Source of the DNA: an uncultured virus (IMG/VR IMGVR_UViG_3300050581_000229)
Taxonomy: Duplodnaviria > Heunggongvirae > Uroviricota > Caudoviricetes
Virus record (IMG/VR): IMGVR_UViG_3300050581_000229
DNA: 64,000 bases
Direction: 5' to 3' (one strand)
Below, piece by piece: positions 1-8,380 of the stretch. The notes beneath the pieces are model-generated. The model had not been told where the DNA came from. It saw nothing but the letters and a program-made list of their open reading frames with translations, and did not search any database. Position numbers and translations under genes: made by a program. Position 1 is the stretch's first letter. The number at the start of each line of letters is the position of its first letter.

Positions 1-34
1 ATTTCGGATGGCCTACGTCTAAAGAAGTTGAAAC

Positions 35-94
35 CGCAGATGCACGCCGATAAACGCGGATGTCAGTATCTGCGTTCACCCGCGTTTATCGGCG
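35..94. repeat. Host REP-like intergenic inverted repeat
   Basis: CGCCGATAAACGCGG (45-59) and its exact reverse complement CCGCGTTTATCGGCG (80-94), plus CGCAGAT/ATCTGCG; downstream of the NUDIX gene. Confidence 0.6.
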
Positions 95-148
95 ATTCAT
101 TTCAAGCAATCCCAACAAGAAGCATACTGGCTTCTCACTGGGCTCCCT

Positions 149-694
149 TCACACGAATAACTTCTCAAATTCAGAGAGCGCCACAAGCGTGCTTGTGTCT
201 GTGACCATGTTGCGGGCCTCCGCAATGCGATACCAGCCGGTGGCATAAAACTCGGTCGCGAGTTTTGCCTGGTCGGGGGCGAAGCCGGCCTGCGCGACGG
301 GTACAAAGAACCAGATATCGTAGTGCCGGGTGCACGTTTGTTTGGCCGGGTTTTCGATGTCGGTGATCGTCAACAGGCTGGGTTCGGCGGCGTGCATGTC
401 CAACGGCACGCCCCATTCTTCGCTTATCTCGCGGTTGAGTGCCTGTTCAACCGTTTCGCCTTTGTCGATGTGCCCGCCATTGAACAACCATAACCCCGAC
501 TTTTTGTGGTGGCCGATGAAGGCGGATGCGCGATGCGGGTCGAACGCCGCAAAGTAGACACAAAAATGAGTGAAGGGGTTCTCGTCGCGCGTGAGCCGGC
601 CTTCGGCTGCGCGCTCGATAAACGCCGCTGATGCGGGCTGGTTTGAAAGCCGTGAGGCAATCGTGACGATTTGTTCGGCCAGTTCTTGTTGCAT
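149..694 (-). CDS. NUDIX hydrolase (host)
   Basis: Nudix box GGHIDKGETVEQALNREISEEWG; HYDIWF downstream. Confidence 0.9.
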   Translation of the reverse strand: MQQELAEQIVTIASRLSNQPASAAFIERAAEGRLTRDENPFTHFCVYFAAFDPHRASAFIGHHKKSGLWLFNGGHIDKGETVEQALNREISEEWGVPLDMHAAEPSLLTITDIENPAKQTCTRHYDIWFFVPVAQAGFAPDQAKLATEFYATGWYRIAEARNMVTDTSTLVALSEFEKLFV

Positions 695-806
695 GGTTTT
701 GTGATGCGTTCCTCAACGCAGTCAAGCTTCTCTGATCGTGCGTGCCCTGGGGCCGATGGTTGTGATGTTGGTCGGTACAGGCGTGGGAAGGCCGAAAAAC
801 AGAAAG

Positions 807-878
807 CTCCTCGAACTGGACTCGAACCAGTAACCTACCGGTTAACAGCCGGTTGCTCTGCCATTGAGCTATCGAGGA
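807..878 (-). tRNA. tRNA-Asn(GTT), CCA not encoded
   Basis: Canonical cloverleaf: acceptor TCCTCGA/TCGAGGA, D-arm GCTC-AATGGCA-GAGC, anticodon loop CTGTTAA, T-loop TTCGAGT, discriminator G. Confidence 0.97.
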
Positions 879-922
879 ACAGCGCAAATTGCCGAGAAAT
901 CCACACTTTCACATTTCTGGAC

Positions 923-1294
923 TTATGTCCTAGACCTGTTATTCTCACTCTCATTCGGGGAGTTTACTGCTCCCGGCAACGAGGGAGATTCTAGCACATT
1001 TTTGTGTTTACAGGCAACAATGCTTTCACGCGGATCACCATACGCAGACTCTATAAACGCGCCACACTCATCGCACTGAATCGTCGGCCCTTCATAGTAA
1101 ATATCCACAAAGACCGGGAGATCAACATCAAACGTCTCTGGATCGTCCACGGCCTTCTGAGCGCAGTCGGGGCAAAGGACATCGTTTCGTGAGGTCAGGT
1201 AGAGGATCAGATAACCGCCCGGCCAGGCGTATTGGATCAACCTTCCCTTCTCGTCTCTCGGCAAGGCGGCCACCTTCTGCTGGATTGTTCTCAC
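923..1294 (-). CDS. Phage hypothetical protein with two CxxC motifs; C-terminus probably reads through into host DNA
   Basis: YAWPGGY, CPDC, CDEC..ESAYGDP; the last ~35 codons overlap the tRNA promoter. Confidence 0.65.
   Translation of the reverse strand: MRTIQQKVAALPRDEKGRLIQYAWPGGYLILYLTSRNDVLCPDCAQKAVDDPETFDVDLPVFVDIYYEGPTIQCDECGAFIESAYGDPRESIVACKHKNVLESPSLPGAVNSPNESENNRSRT
988..1017 (-). promoter_or_regulatory. Sigma70-type promoter, probably for tRNA-Asn
   Basis: Minus strand TTGCCT-N18-TAGAAT with extended -10 (TGcTAGAAT), about 110 nt upstream of the tRNA. Confidence 0.6.
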
Positions 1295-1587
1295 TCTTTA
1301 CTCCAACCCCGCCGTTTGCACTCACATATTGACATGGGCAACCCACAAACCAGGCAGATTGGCTCCTGATACGGCTTGGCACCGAGCATAACGCGAACAC
1401 GATATTTGCACTTCCGCACCATCCTGTCGTATCGCTGCCAGGCACGAGCAAGAGGATCAACCTGAACCGCGATGCCAAACTCTGTCCCGCGCATGTCTCT
1501 GATGCTGTTGCACCGCGCACGAGCCGCTTCCAGCGCATTAAAGTAAGTAATTCCTTTCATAGAATCCTCCTGATTGGTTGAATCCAA
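1291..1587 (-). CDS. Hypothetical protein with C-terminal Cys cluster
   Basis: Tightly coupled ORF; CLVCGLPMSICEC. Confidence 0.55.
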   Translation of the reverse strand: MDSTNQEDSMKGITYFNALEAARARCNSIRDMRGTEFGIAVQVDPLARAWQRYDRMVRKCKYRVRVMLGAKPYQEPICLVCGLPMSICECKRRGWSKE

Positions 1588-1931
1588 TCACACAGTACCG
1601 TTCCGCTATAGTTCCCCACCACGCTCCCAAACGGCAGAGAGGTCACGTTTGGGTATAGGTTCCAGAACTTCTTGACGCACTCCATATCCGCCACGAAGTA
1701 GGCCATCAGCCGAATCTGGGGGCTCTTATCAAACACATCAGCTTCACACTCAAGAATCAAACGCTTCTGGCCCAAATGAAGCCGAGCATCGTCGAGGGTG
1801 CCATAGGCAAACAACTTGCCCACCTTGGGCCGAACAACTACCCCGAGCGGATAAGTTTCCATCAAGTCGCCAGCCGTATCTGATGAGTGCCATTCACGAC
1901 CGACGACCTTGTAGACTTTATCCACGGCCAT
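1557..1931 (-). CDS. Phage hypothetical protein, paralog of 2250-2639
   Basis: VYKVV..TY.LG..LFAY..L..A..ILECEAD..GTVLC pattern shared with 2250-2639. Confidence 0.65.
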   Translation of the reverse strand: MAVDKVYKVVGREWHSSDTAGDLMETYPLGVVVRPKVGKLFAYGTLDDARLHLGQKRLILECEADVFDKSPQIRLMAYFVADMECVKKFWNLYPNVTSLPFGSVVGNYSGTVLCDWIQPIRRIL

Positions 1932-2286
1932 CCAGATATTCCTGTAGGACATCGTCATTGCCCTGGCATTCGTAGTCCCAATAGCCATACCCCCCTTCGA
2001 GCTTGCATATCTCGTAATCATGGTCGTACAGGAACTCTACGAAGTCGGTTGGGCTCCCAGCCGCATCAGTCCCCTGAATGCGGCTCACGAGTTTGCGCCA
2101 GAAGGCGGCTCGCTGTCTGAAATACTTATGGCGTTGTTGGCGAAACACTGCACGAGTTGTTTCTTCCAGATCAGGCTCCCCAAGTTCCATGTCGTAGCCA
2201 TTGAACTTGCGGTCCGCAATGACATACGCAGACAGATAGGTCATAGTCCTCATTTGATTTGCCTCGCGAGCGTCATGCTCTGGCAT
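1918..2286 (-). CDS. Hypothetical protein (start may be about 2253)
   Basis: Coupled ORF in the leftward operon. Confidence 0.5.
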   Translation of the reverse strand: MPEHDAREANQMRTMTYLSAYVIADRKFNGYDMELGEPDLEETTRAVFRQQRHKYFRQRAAFWRKLVSRIQGTDAAGSPTDFVEFLYDHDYEICKLEGGYGYWDYECQGNDDVLQEYLDGRG

Positions 2287-2639
2287 GCCACGGTGGATGG
2301 GATTGCGGCGATGTCGTCGTAGCAGACAAACCGCTTGTACGGCTTCTCCAAAGCCTCCCAGAAATCCAGGAAGCGCTCGGGCTTCCAGACTTGCATCAGA
2401 CGATCCATCGGCCTGGCGCTATCCGCCTCGGCTTCCCATACCTCAACGCCATCAATCCAACGCAACCTGGCAGCGAATGTCTTTGCCGTCTCAAGGTCTG
2501 AGAAAGCCAGAAGAAGAGCATGGGGATTCCTCGGCATCGTCGGTTCCCCTGGCACGTAGGTGACGCAAAGCTCTCCCCGCGTCACTGCTGATACATGTTC
2601 ACCGCTGTGTACTCTGCGGACAACTTTATAAATCACCAT
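2250..2639 (-). CDS. Phage hypothetical protein, paralog of 1557-1931
   Basis: IYKVV..TYVPG..LLAF..L..A..VWEAEAD..STVAC. Confidence 0.65.
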   Translation of the reverse strand: MVIYKVVRRVHSGEHVSAVTRGELCVTYVPGEPTMPRNPHALLLAFSDLETAKTFAARLRWIDGVEVWEAEADSARPMDRLMQVWKPERFLDFWEALEKPYKRFVCYDDIAAIPSTVACQSMTLARQIK

Positions 2640-2740
2640 ATAGTTGAAAAACTCTTGATAGATAGGGCCGGTGAACCGCAAAGACCGGCAGTGAACAAAA
2701 GCTACTTGGAGGTTCCGAAAATAAAATCACGGTTCTTACG

Positions 2741-2864
2741 ACCCAGGGGTGGGAATTGAACCCGCACAGTAGACGTGATGGCCTACCACACTACCGACTG
2801 GCCTATTGTGCTATCAGTCTTACCAGATTAACAATCCGGCGCTCTACCATTGAGCTACCCTGGG
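2741..2864 (-). ncRNA. tRNA-Asn(GTT)-like RNA with a ~57-nt two-hairpin variable region
   Basis: Acceptor CCCAGGG/CCCTGGG, D-arm GCTC-AATGGTA-GAGC, anticodon arm CCGGA-TTGTTAA-TCTGG, T-arm GCGGG-TTCAATT-CCCAC. Confidence 0.8.
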
Positions 2865-2881
2865 CAATAGCCACTAACTAT

Positions 2882-3035
2882 CTAGTACGGCGGGAGTCAG
2901 ACCCGCTCTTGGCATTAATCTCTTCTTGCGAGCAGCAACAGAGTCATCCAAGACCAGCCTTTTCGGACTAATTCGTCCTACTTCGGTGCTCTAAGTGCCT
3001 TCGGCTAAAAATGCCTCACGTTCGGCCACGTACTA
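2882..3035 (-). ncRNA. tRNA-like RNA with expanded anticodon and variable arms
   Basis: Acceptor TAGTACG/CGTACTA, D-arm GCC-GAACGTGA-GGC, T-arm GCGGG-TCTGACT-CCCGC; about 105 nt of structured insert (TAGCC/GGCTG, GGAC/GTCC, TCTTGG/CCAAGA). Confidence 0.65.
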
Positions 3036-3103
3036 ATGGATGGGTGGGATTCGGACCCACGCCTTGCCCGTCAAGACCTATTCTTCCGTTGAACTACCAT
3101 CCA
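3036..3103 (-). ncRNA. tRNA-like RNA with shortened anticodon arm (pseudo-tRNA)
   Basis: Acceptor TGGATGG/CCATCCA, D-arm GTTC-AACGGAA-GAAT, T-arm GTGGG-TCCGAAT-CCCAC; no canonical 7-nt anticodon loop. Confidence 0.65.
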
Positions 3104-3271
3104 TCTTGGGAATCTTCTTCATCCCAGCATATCTCACCACTTAAGCAGGTGACGCATCTCAGTCTAAGCACTGATCTTGCTCTGCCTGTTCCTGTTGTCT
3201 ATAGCCAGCGGGCACGGCAGTATCCCGATGCTTGTGGTTAGTTGCATTCCTACAACTTCGGCACAAGCAAG

Positions 3272-3379
3272 CGGGGCCGACAGGACTCGAACCTGCGTAG
3301 CAACAGGATGCCCCGTTGCCGTTTGCTTCGCGCATAGGCTTGCTCCTGACGCTAACAACCCACCCTTTATCTCGGCCCC
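3272..3379 (-). ncRNA. tRNA-like RNA without D-stem, with long variable-arm hairpin
   Basis: Acceptor GGGGCCG/CGGCCCC plus G, T-arm GCAGG-TTCGAGT-CCTGT, hairpin GCAACGGG-GCAT-CCTGTTGC before the T-arm. Confidence 0.65.
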
Positions 3380-3450
3380 AAATGATCCGCCGACTGGCTT
3401 TGGGCCAGTCGGCTTCAAACAACACATCAACAAAAACGGTAGATGCCGTG

Positions 3451-3738
3451 TTAAGCATTCAGATCGACCAGGATCAACTTGTTCGTCTCCACGTCAAGAA
3501 TTGAGATTACAGCCGGGGCAACTGAAGTTAGAGTGGTATACACGTCCCCCTGCTCATTCCATATACCGTTGTACTTGTCTAGCTCATGAGGCTCATCCTC
3601 ATCGTCCCAATTCCAGTTGTGTGTCGCTAGATTGCGCCCGGCCTTCTCGGCCTCTTCGAGCGACGCGGCTTTGACGTAGTGGCAGGATAGGAATTCCTTG
3701 CCGTCAATGTGATCGGTTAGTTCGATAGCGAAAATCAT
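3451..3738 (-). CDS. Acidic hypothetical protein
   Basis: ATGA-coupled to the RNA ligase. Confidence 0.6.
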   Translation of the reverse strand: MIFAIELTDHIDGKEFLSCHYVKAASLEEAEKAGRNLATHNWNWDDEDEPHELDKYNGIWNEQGDVYTTLTSVAPAVISILDVETNKLILVDLNA

Positions 3739-4655
3739 TGGTTATCCGCAAGCTTGGCCTTATACCATTGAGGCAGGCCATTCGTTGCACCGCGCTTGAT
3801 GTTCGGCCAGAAGTGCTTGAACAGAGCGTCCTTGATGTCGTCCCCGCACTCATTGAGGATGTCAGTCTCCGCCTCTTGAATCAGTGGGCCGATGTCTTTG
3901 GGCGTATCGGTGAGTCGCCCGGATTCGCGGAGATGCTGCACCGCCTTCTGCCACCGAGCCTCAGTCTTGTACTGATTGATGAGGGCGTCCACGACATCGG
4001 TTGGCGTCGGATTTGACTTCTTCCACGCGCCTGCGTTCTCTTCCTTGAAGCCATCGCGCACAAGCTTGCCCAGGGCTACCTTCTTCTCGCGGGTGAAGAC
4101 GGAGTAGTTCTTCACCACCACGCCCTCGATCTTCGCGCCGCCCAGGATCGATTCACGATCCAGCATTGCCCGCAACTGATCCATGCTCTTGATCTCGCCC
4201 TCGTAGATCAGGGGGACAACCTCAAGCCCAAGCCGGTCTGCTTCCGCCTTGACTTCTGCATACGGCCAGTAGGCTTCAGAGGGATTGTTCACATCGAACA
4301 GAATGATGTTCTGTTTGGGAACACGAGAATAGGCAATTGTGTTGTGACGTGGGCTGCGTAGATATTCCCCGCGATAAATCCACCCTGGCTTCAAGAGGGG
4401 CGCAAGAGCCTTGATCGTTTCCGCCGCTTTCGAGAACATCCCCTCTGGATGGTCAAGAACAATCTCCGCGCCTTTCGAGCGTGCGCGGAGTTCGCCGGTC
4501 TCGCTAATCTCGAAGCCAACCTGACTCCCATCGATTTTCTCTTCAACCGTCACGCGCCCAACCAGCAAATCGGGGATAGCTCGATGCCCGATTGCATACA
4601 CTTCAGGATACGAATTCAGCCTTCCACCGCCGAGAGCGGCCAACATTGATTCCAT
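3735..4655 (-). CDS. RNA ligase (Rnl2-like nucleotidyltransferase)
   Basis: Motif I EEKIDGSQ, motif III YRGEY, IIIa ILFDV, VVPLIYEG, motif IV EGVVVK, motif V GKLV. Confidence 0.85.
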   Translation of the reverse strand: MESMLAALGGGRLNSYPEVYAIGHRAIPDLLVGRVTVEEKIDGSQVGFEISETGELRARSKGAEIVLDHPEGMFSKAAETIKALAPLLKPGWIYRGEYLRSPRHNTIAYSRVPKQNIILFDVNNPSEAYWPYAEVKAEADRLGLEVVPLIYEGEIKSMDQLRAMLDRESILGGAKIEGVVVKNYSVFTREKKVALGKLVRDGFKEENAGAWKKSNPTPTDVVDALINQYKTEARWQKAVQHLRESGRLTDTPKDIGPLIQEAETDILNECGDDIKDALFKHFWPNIKRGATNGLPQWYKAKLADNQ

Positions 4656-6178
4656 GCACTCACCGCGCTGAGATAGCGCATATAAGCCGATACAAATTCA
4701 CCCTGACAACCTGCTAGGTTCATTTCTTCGATGGCATCCTCAATGTCCGCGTTCGCCACGATCTGCATCCAATTCATATCGGACTTGAGAATGGGTGGGC
4801 AGGGGTAATCCCCCGCCTTCACGTTACTTTGGATTGTTGCGTCCATACTCCGCACCAGCCCAGAAGATCGATTGGCCGAGCACGGTATCCAGGTCAATCG
4901 CTACCTCCTTGTCGATCACCATCAGGGGCATGGTTCCGCAAATGCTGCTCATCAGATAAGCGACGGGATCGCCGTATTCTTCCGGTACAGCGCGCGCATA
5001 CTTAGTGACCAACTCGCCAGTGATCTTGGCTTCCTCGTTGCCACAGCCCATCATCGTCAGAATTGATTCCACAGCTTTCCCACTATCTGACCTTTGCGCG
5101 GGCTTCTCATCGGGCAAATCGGCCTTCCCGGACTTCTCCAAATCGTCAAAAAGGTCCTCAATCAGCTTGTAGATCTCGCTCTCGTTCTTATTGATGTCCA
5201 TTACTTCTCCACGTAGATAACAAAACGTGTCTGACCATCGGTGCAGACACAGGGTTTTATGACGTGCTCGCAGGTGAGATAGTTTGCGGAAATCTCCGCC
5301 ATCTCTTGTGTAAGCCATGCTGAATCGACGACGTAGCCAGGTTCTTCGGGGACTTGCCACTCCTTCAATAGGTCGGCAACCTCTGACGCGGGAACCTGAT
5401 CCGCAATCTCAATGCCCCACGTCTTCTTGGTTGGAGATGACTTCACCGTGACGTGGTTCCTGGAAACCGAGGCGAGTCCGAGCGCAACTCTGGCCCACTT
5501 ACGCTTATCCACCGCAACTTTCATCGGGAATACTTGTAACCTGCGGATGGTCCAATGTAAATTGCACGAGATCATCCACCTTGTAACCTCTCAATATGGG
5601 CCTGGTCATGATCCGCGCCTGCATCACGCGGAGGTACGTCCCAACCGTCATGCAGGTCTCTCTGCGATGCGTGTGCGCGTTGAAGCCGCGCAACACAACG
5701 ACGTTCTCGGTGTGGCCGCCAATCATGGCCGGGTAGAGAGGGATCAAAAAATCCAGGGCTTTCATGATCGAAAGACCCTGGATTTGCGAGTGATATTTCA
5801 GAAAGACTGGGATGATCTCTTGTGGAATCCACAAAGAGATGTCAGCCATTAGAACGGCTCTTCGTCCGAAGTGGTATCCACCTTATTCCACTTTGCCTGT
5901 TCGACGATCTCAAGCACTCTCTCGGCTTTCATGCCGTCAAGCAGTAGTGAGACCTTAGCAGACGCGCCCCAGACATTCACGTCGATGTGGATGTCCGTCA
6001 CCGCTTCGTCCGCGATCCCCAGCGCTTCTCTGATCCGTTCGCAGAATTCAGTGTGCGTCATTCCTCGTCTTCCTCGTAATCAAAGTAACCCACCAGGTTG
6101 TCGGTAAACTGAGTGCCGCACTCGACGCACGTATAGAGACCATCTTCGTCTGGGCCTTCAATCTGATCCGATCCACAT

Positions 6179-6649
6179 TCAGGACATTCCATGCTGGTTT
6201 CTCCCAAGCGCCTGCTCGGCTGTGATTGGCATGTCGTCTTCTTTCTCTACCCACTTGTCGTCGTCCAACGTTTTCCAATCGATACCGTAGCACTCGCTAA
6301 TCTCTACAAGCACCGGCTTCCCGTAGTAGTGGAAGTCTTCGTAGCGTTCGGGATTGTTATCTCCCAAGAGCCACAGCCATGCGATGTAGTGGTAGACAGA
6401 TCGCACAGCGGACAGACCGCGACAGTTGTTTGCTTTCTCCCATGCGAAGGGCATGTAGTCTGTTACATCCTTCAGGAAGTCTTCGTCAGTTAGCGGCTTG
6501 CCCCAGTCTTCGGGCTTTGTGCCCAGTTCCAGGTATGGCTTCGCGGCCTCAAACGGAAGCGCAGAGATGTAGTAGTCGGTCTCGAAGCCGAAAATGTCAT
6601 GGTCCTTGCGCTTATTGATTCGGTCGAGGATTTCTTGTTGTGTTCTCAC
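6179..6649 (-). CDS. Phage hypothetical protein
   Basis: 156-aa ORF with GTG start and GGGAG RBS; YMPFAWEKANNCRGLSA. Confidence 0.7.
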   Translation of the reverse strand: MRTQQEILDRINKRKDHDIFGFETDYYISALPFEAAKPYLELGTKPEDWGKPLTDEDFLKDVTDYMPFAWEKANNCRGLSAVRSVYHYIAWLWLLGDNNPERYEDFHYYGKPVLVEISECYGIDWKTLDDDKWVEKEDDMPITAEQALGRNQHGMS

Positions 6650-6698
6650 AGTTGGGCTCCCAACCGGGGAGAGCCTTGGGTGGCTCTCCCCTTACCGC

Positions 6699-7055
6699 TT
6701 ATTCCTGCCTATCGCTGGGTGACAGGAATTTAATTTGATTTGCCCTGATCTCGAAGCTTGCGGACGCGGAACCATCCTGCTTCTCGAAGATCACCGGGCC
6801 GCCAGTCTTCGGATCGGAGCGCAGTTGCCCTTCCACGAATACCAGCTTTCCCTTGGTGAGATAGGTATTGCACGCTTCCGCCATCTTCCCGAACACGGAC
6901 ACGCGGAACCAGGTGGTTTCCTTCTGCTTCTCACCGTCCTTCGTGTAGGTTCGGTCTGTCGCCACGCTGAAGGTGGTTACGGGGTCGCCAGAAGGCAAGA
7001 ATCTCATCTCAGGGTCATTCCCTAACCGACCAATGATTGATGTGCTTTGGTACAT
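6699..7055 (-). CDS. ssb: Single-stranded DNA-binding protein without acidic C-terminal tip
   Basis: IIGRLGNDPEMRF..FSVATDR..TTWFRVSVFGK.AE....YL.KG.LVFVEG.L; AGGAG RBS. Confidence 0.95.
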   Translation of the reverse strand: MYQSTSIIGRLGNDPEMRFLPSGDPVTTFSVATDRTYTKDGEKQKETTWFRVSVFGKMAEACNTYLTKGKLVFVEGQLRSDPKTGGPVIFEKQDGSASASFEIRANQIKFLSPSDRQE

Positions 7056-7787
7056 GATTTCTCCTAAAAACCAGATTTCATTCAAAACGGTAGATGTGCT
7101 ATTACGCCAAAGGGATTCTGTTTATCCTGGCACCGCATCGGTTGACGAGACCTCAAGCGCGGTTGCCAGACGCATCCCACTCCTTAGAGGAAAGAGAGCG
7201 GTCAACCTCTCCTGGCTGCTTTCAAGCCCACCTTTCTACCAACAAAAACGGTAGGTTGGCTCTTAATTGGGCATCCGCTGGCCTACCCAGGAAATAGTCT
7301 TATCGCTGTATTTGGTGGAATTCTCATGATCGAAATAGCCCCTATCTGGCGACCAAGACTTACGCGGATGTACTCTCACCACATCACCCACCCCAGGAAC
7401 CTTTGAGCTTCTTGGACGCCACTTCCGGCGCTTTCTATTTTTGGTGCACCACATATCTACAGCCCGCGTAGTTCCTTCCTTCTGGTTGGGATCCCAACTG
7501 GGCATCCATGAGTCTTACCGCGTACTCGAACACTTCATCCGCAATCCGCTCATCCCTTTCTCTTGTTGCCGGGCTGCGTGAATCCCGTTGATTACGCCAA
7601 TAACTATCCCAATCTGGCGATATATGTCCATCCCTGCGAACCATGTGGACGCTTTTTGGCAGTGGCGTGTGTTTTCTGCAATATGGTTTGCTCATTGCTA
7701 TTGCGTTTTGGGTACAAGAGGCTTCATAATTGTGCCGCGAAAAGACAGCAGTAGCTTTATTTGCGTAATTCTGTCTAGGGTCTCTTC

Positions 7788-8264
7788 TTACCGTTCTATT
7801 TCGTTTAGCCTTGCGAACTCGCCGTGGTACTTTATCGCTGCCTTGTTATATGCTTGCGCAGCTTCCAGTTCTGTATCAAAGTACCCCAGATGTACCAGCC
7901 CATCCTTTGTGGATATTCGTGCTTGCCATCTTCCAGTTTTGTGCTTACGTCTGTTCTCTGGGTGGAAAAACACTCCCTTGTAATGGTTCTTCCCGTTTGA
8001 GTGCTTGCCTGTGTTCCATTCATTCTGTTGCCTGGTTGCCAGACGCAGATTCGCTCTTCGATTGTCAAAAGAATCTCTATTAATGTGGTCAACTTCCAAT
8101 CCATCCGGTGCCCCCATGATCTCGCGGTGCATCGCTATACTGTGCCCATGAGATGATCTTTTGGCATATCCATTGGCTTCATGCCAGTGGTGCTTGGATA
8201 ACCAACTAAAGTCCTCGTCATCAACCATTACCCTTTTGCCATTAGAAAGAATGATGTATTTCAT
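7788..8264 (-). CDS. HNH endonuclease with AP2 domain (homing-endonuclease type)
   Basis: MHREIM..VDHINRDSFDNRRANLR; YKGV..W.ARI..HLGYF.TE.EAA.AY..AA..YHGEFA. Confidence 0.92.
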   Translation of the reverse strand: MKYIILSNGKRVMVDDEDFSWLSKHHWHEANGYAKRSSHGHSIAMHREIMGAPDGLEVDHINRDSFDNRRANLRLATRQQNEWNTGKHSNGKNHYKGVFFHPENRRKHKTGRWQARISTKDGLVHLGYFDTELEAAQAYNKAAIKYHGEFARLNEIER

Positions 8265-8380
8265 GTGATACCCCTATTAATCTTCCTCAAGCCAAGCAAT
8301 TCTCCGCGTGCCTGTGGCATATATCAATCTTTCTTGATCCCCCAAGTCATGTGCCCGTAAGGCGTTGCTTGTAACTCTCA

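Noticed and set aside
447..887. 146-aa ORF across the tRNA
   Set aside because: Overlaps tRNA-Asn and the NUDIX gene; no protein-like features.
807..2864. Host tRNA-Asn and phage tRNA-Asn-like gene as attL/attR
   Set aside because: Acceptor and T-arm sequences differ; only generic D-arm and anticodon similarity, and they are just 1.9 kb apart.
2945..2995. Hammerhead ribozyme inside the second tRNA-like RNA (GGAC...GTCC-GAAA)
   Set aside because: The upstream core reads CCGAAGTA rather than CTGAnGA, and stems I/III with a cleavage triplet are not evident.
3272..3379. tmRNA call
   Set aside because: Only 108 nt, no G3-U70 pair, discriminator G, no tag reading frame; kept as a tRNA-like RNA.
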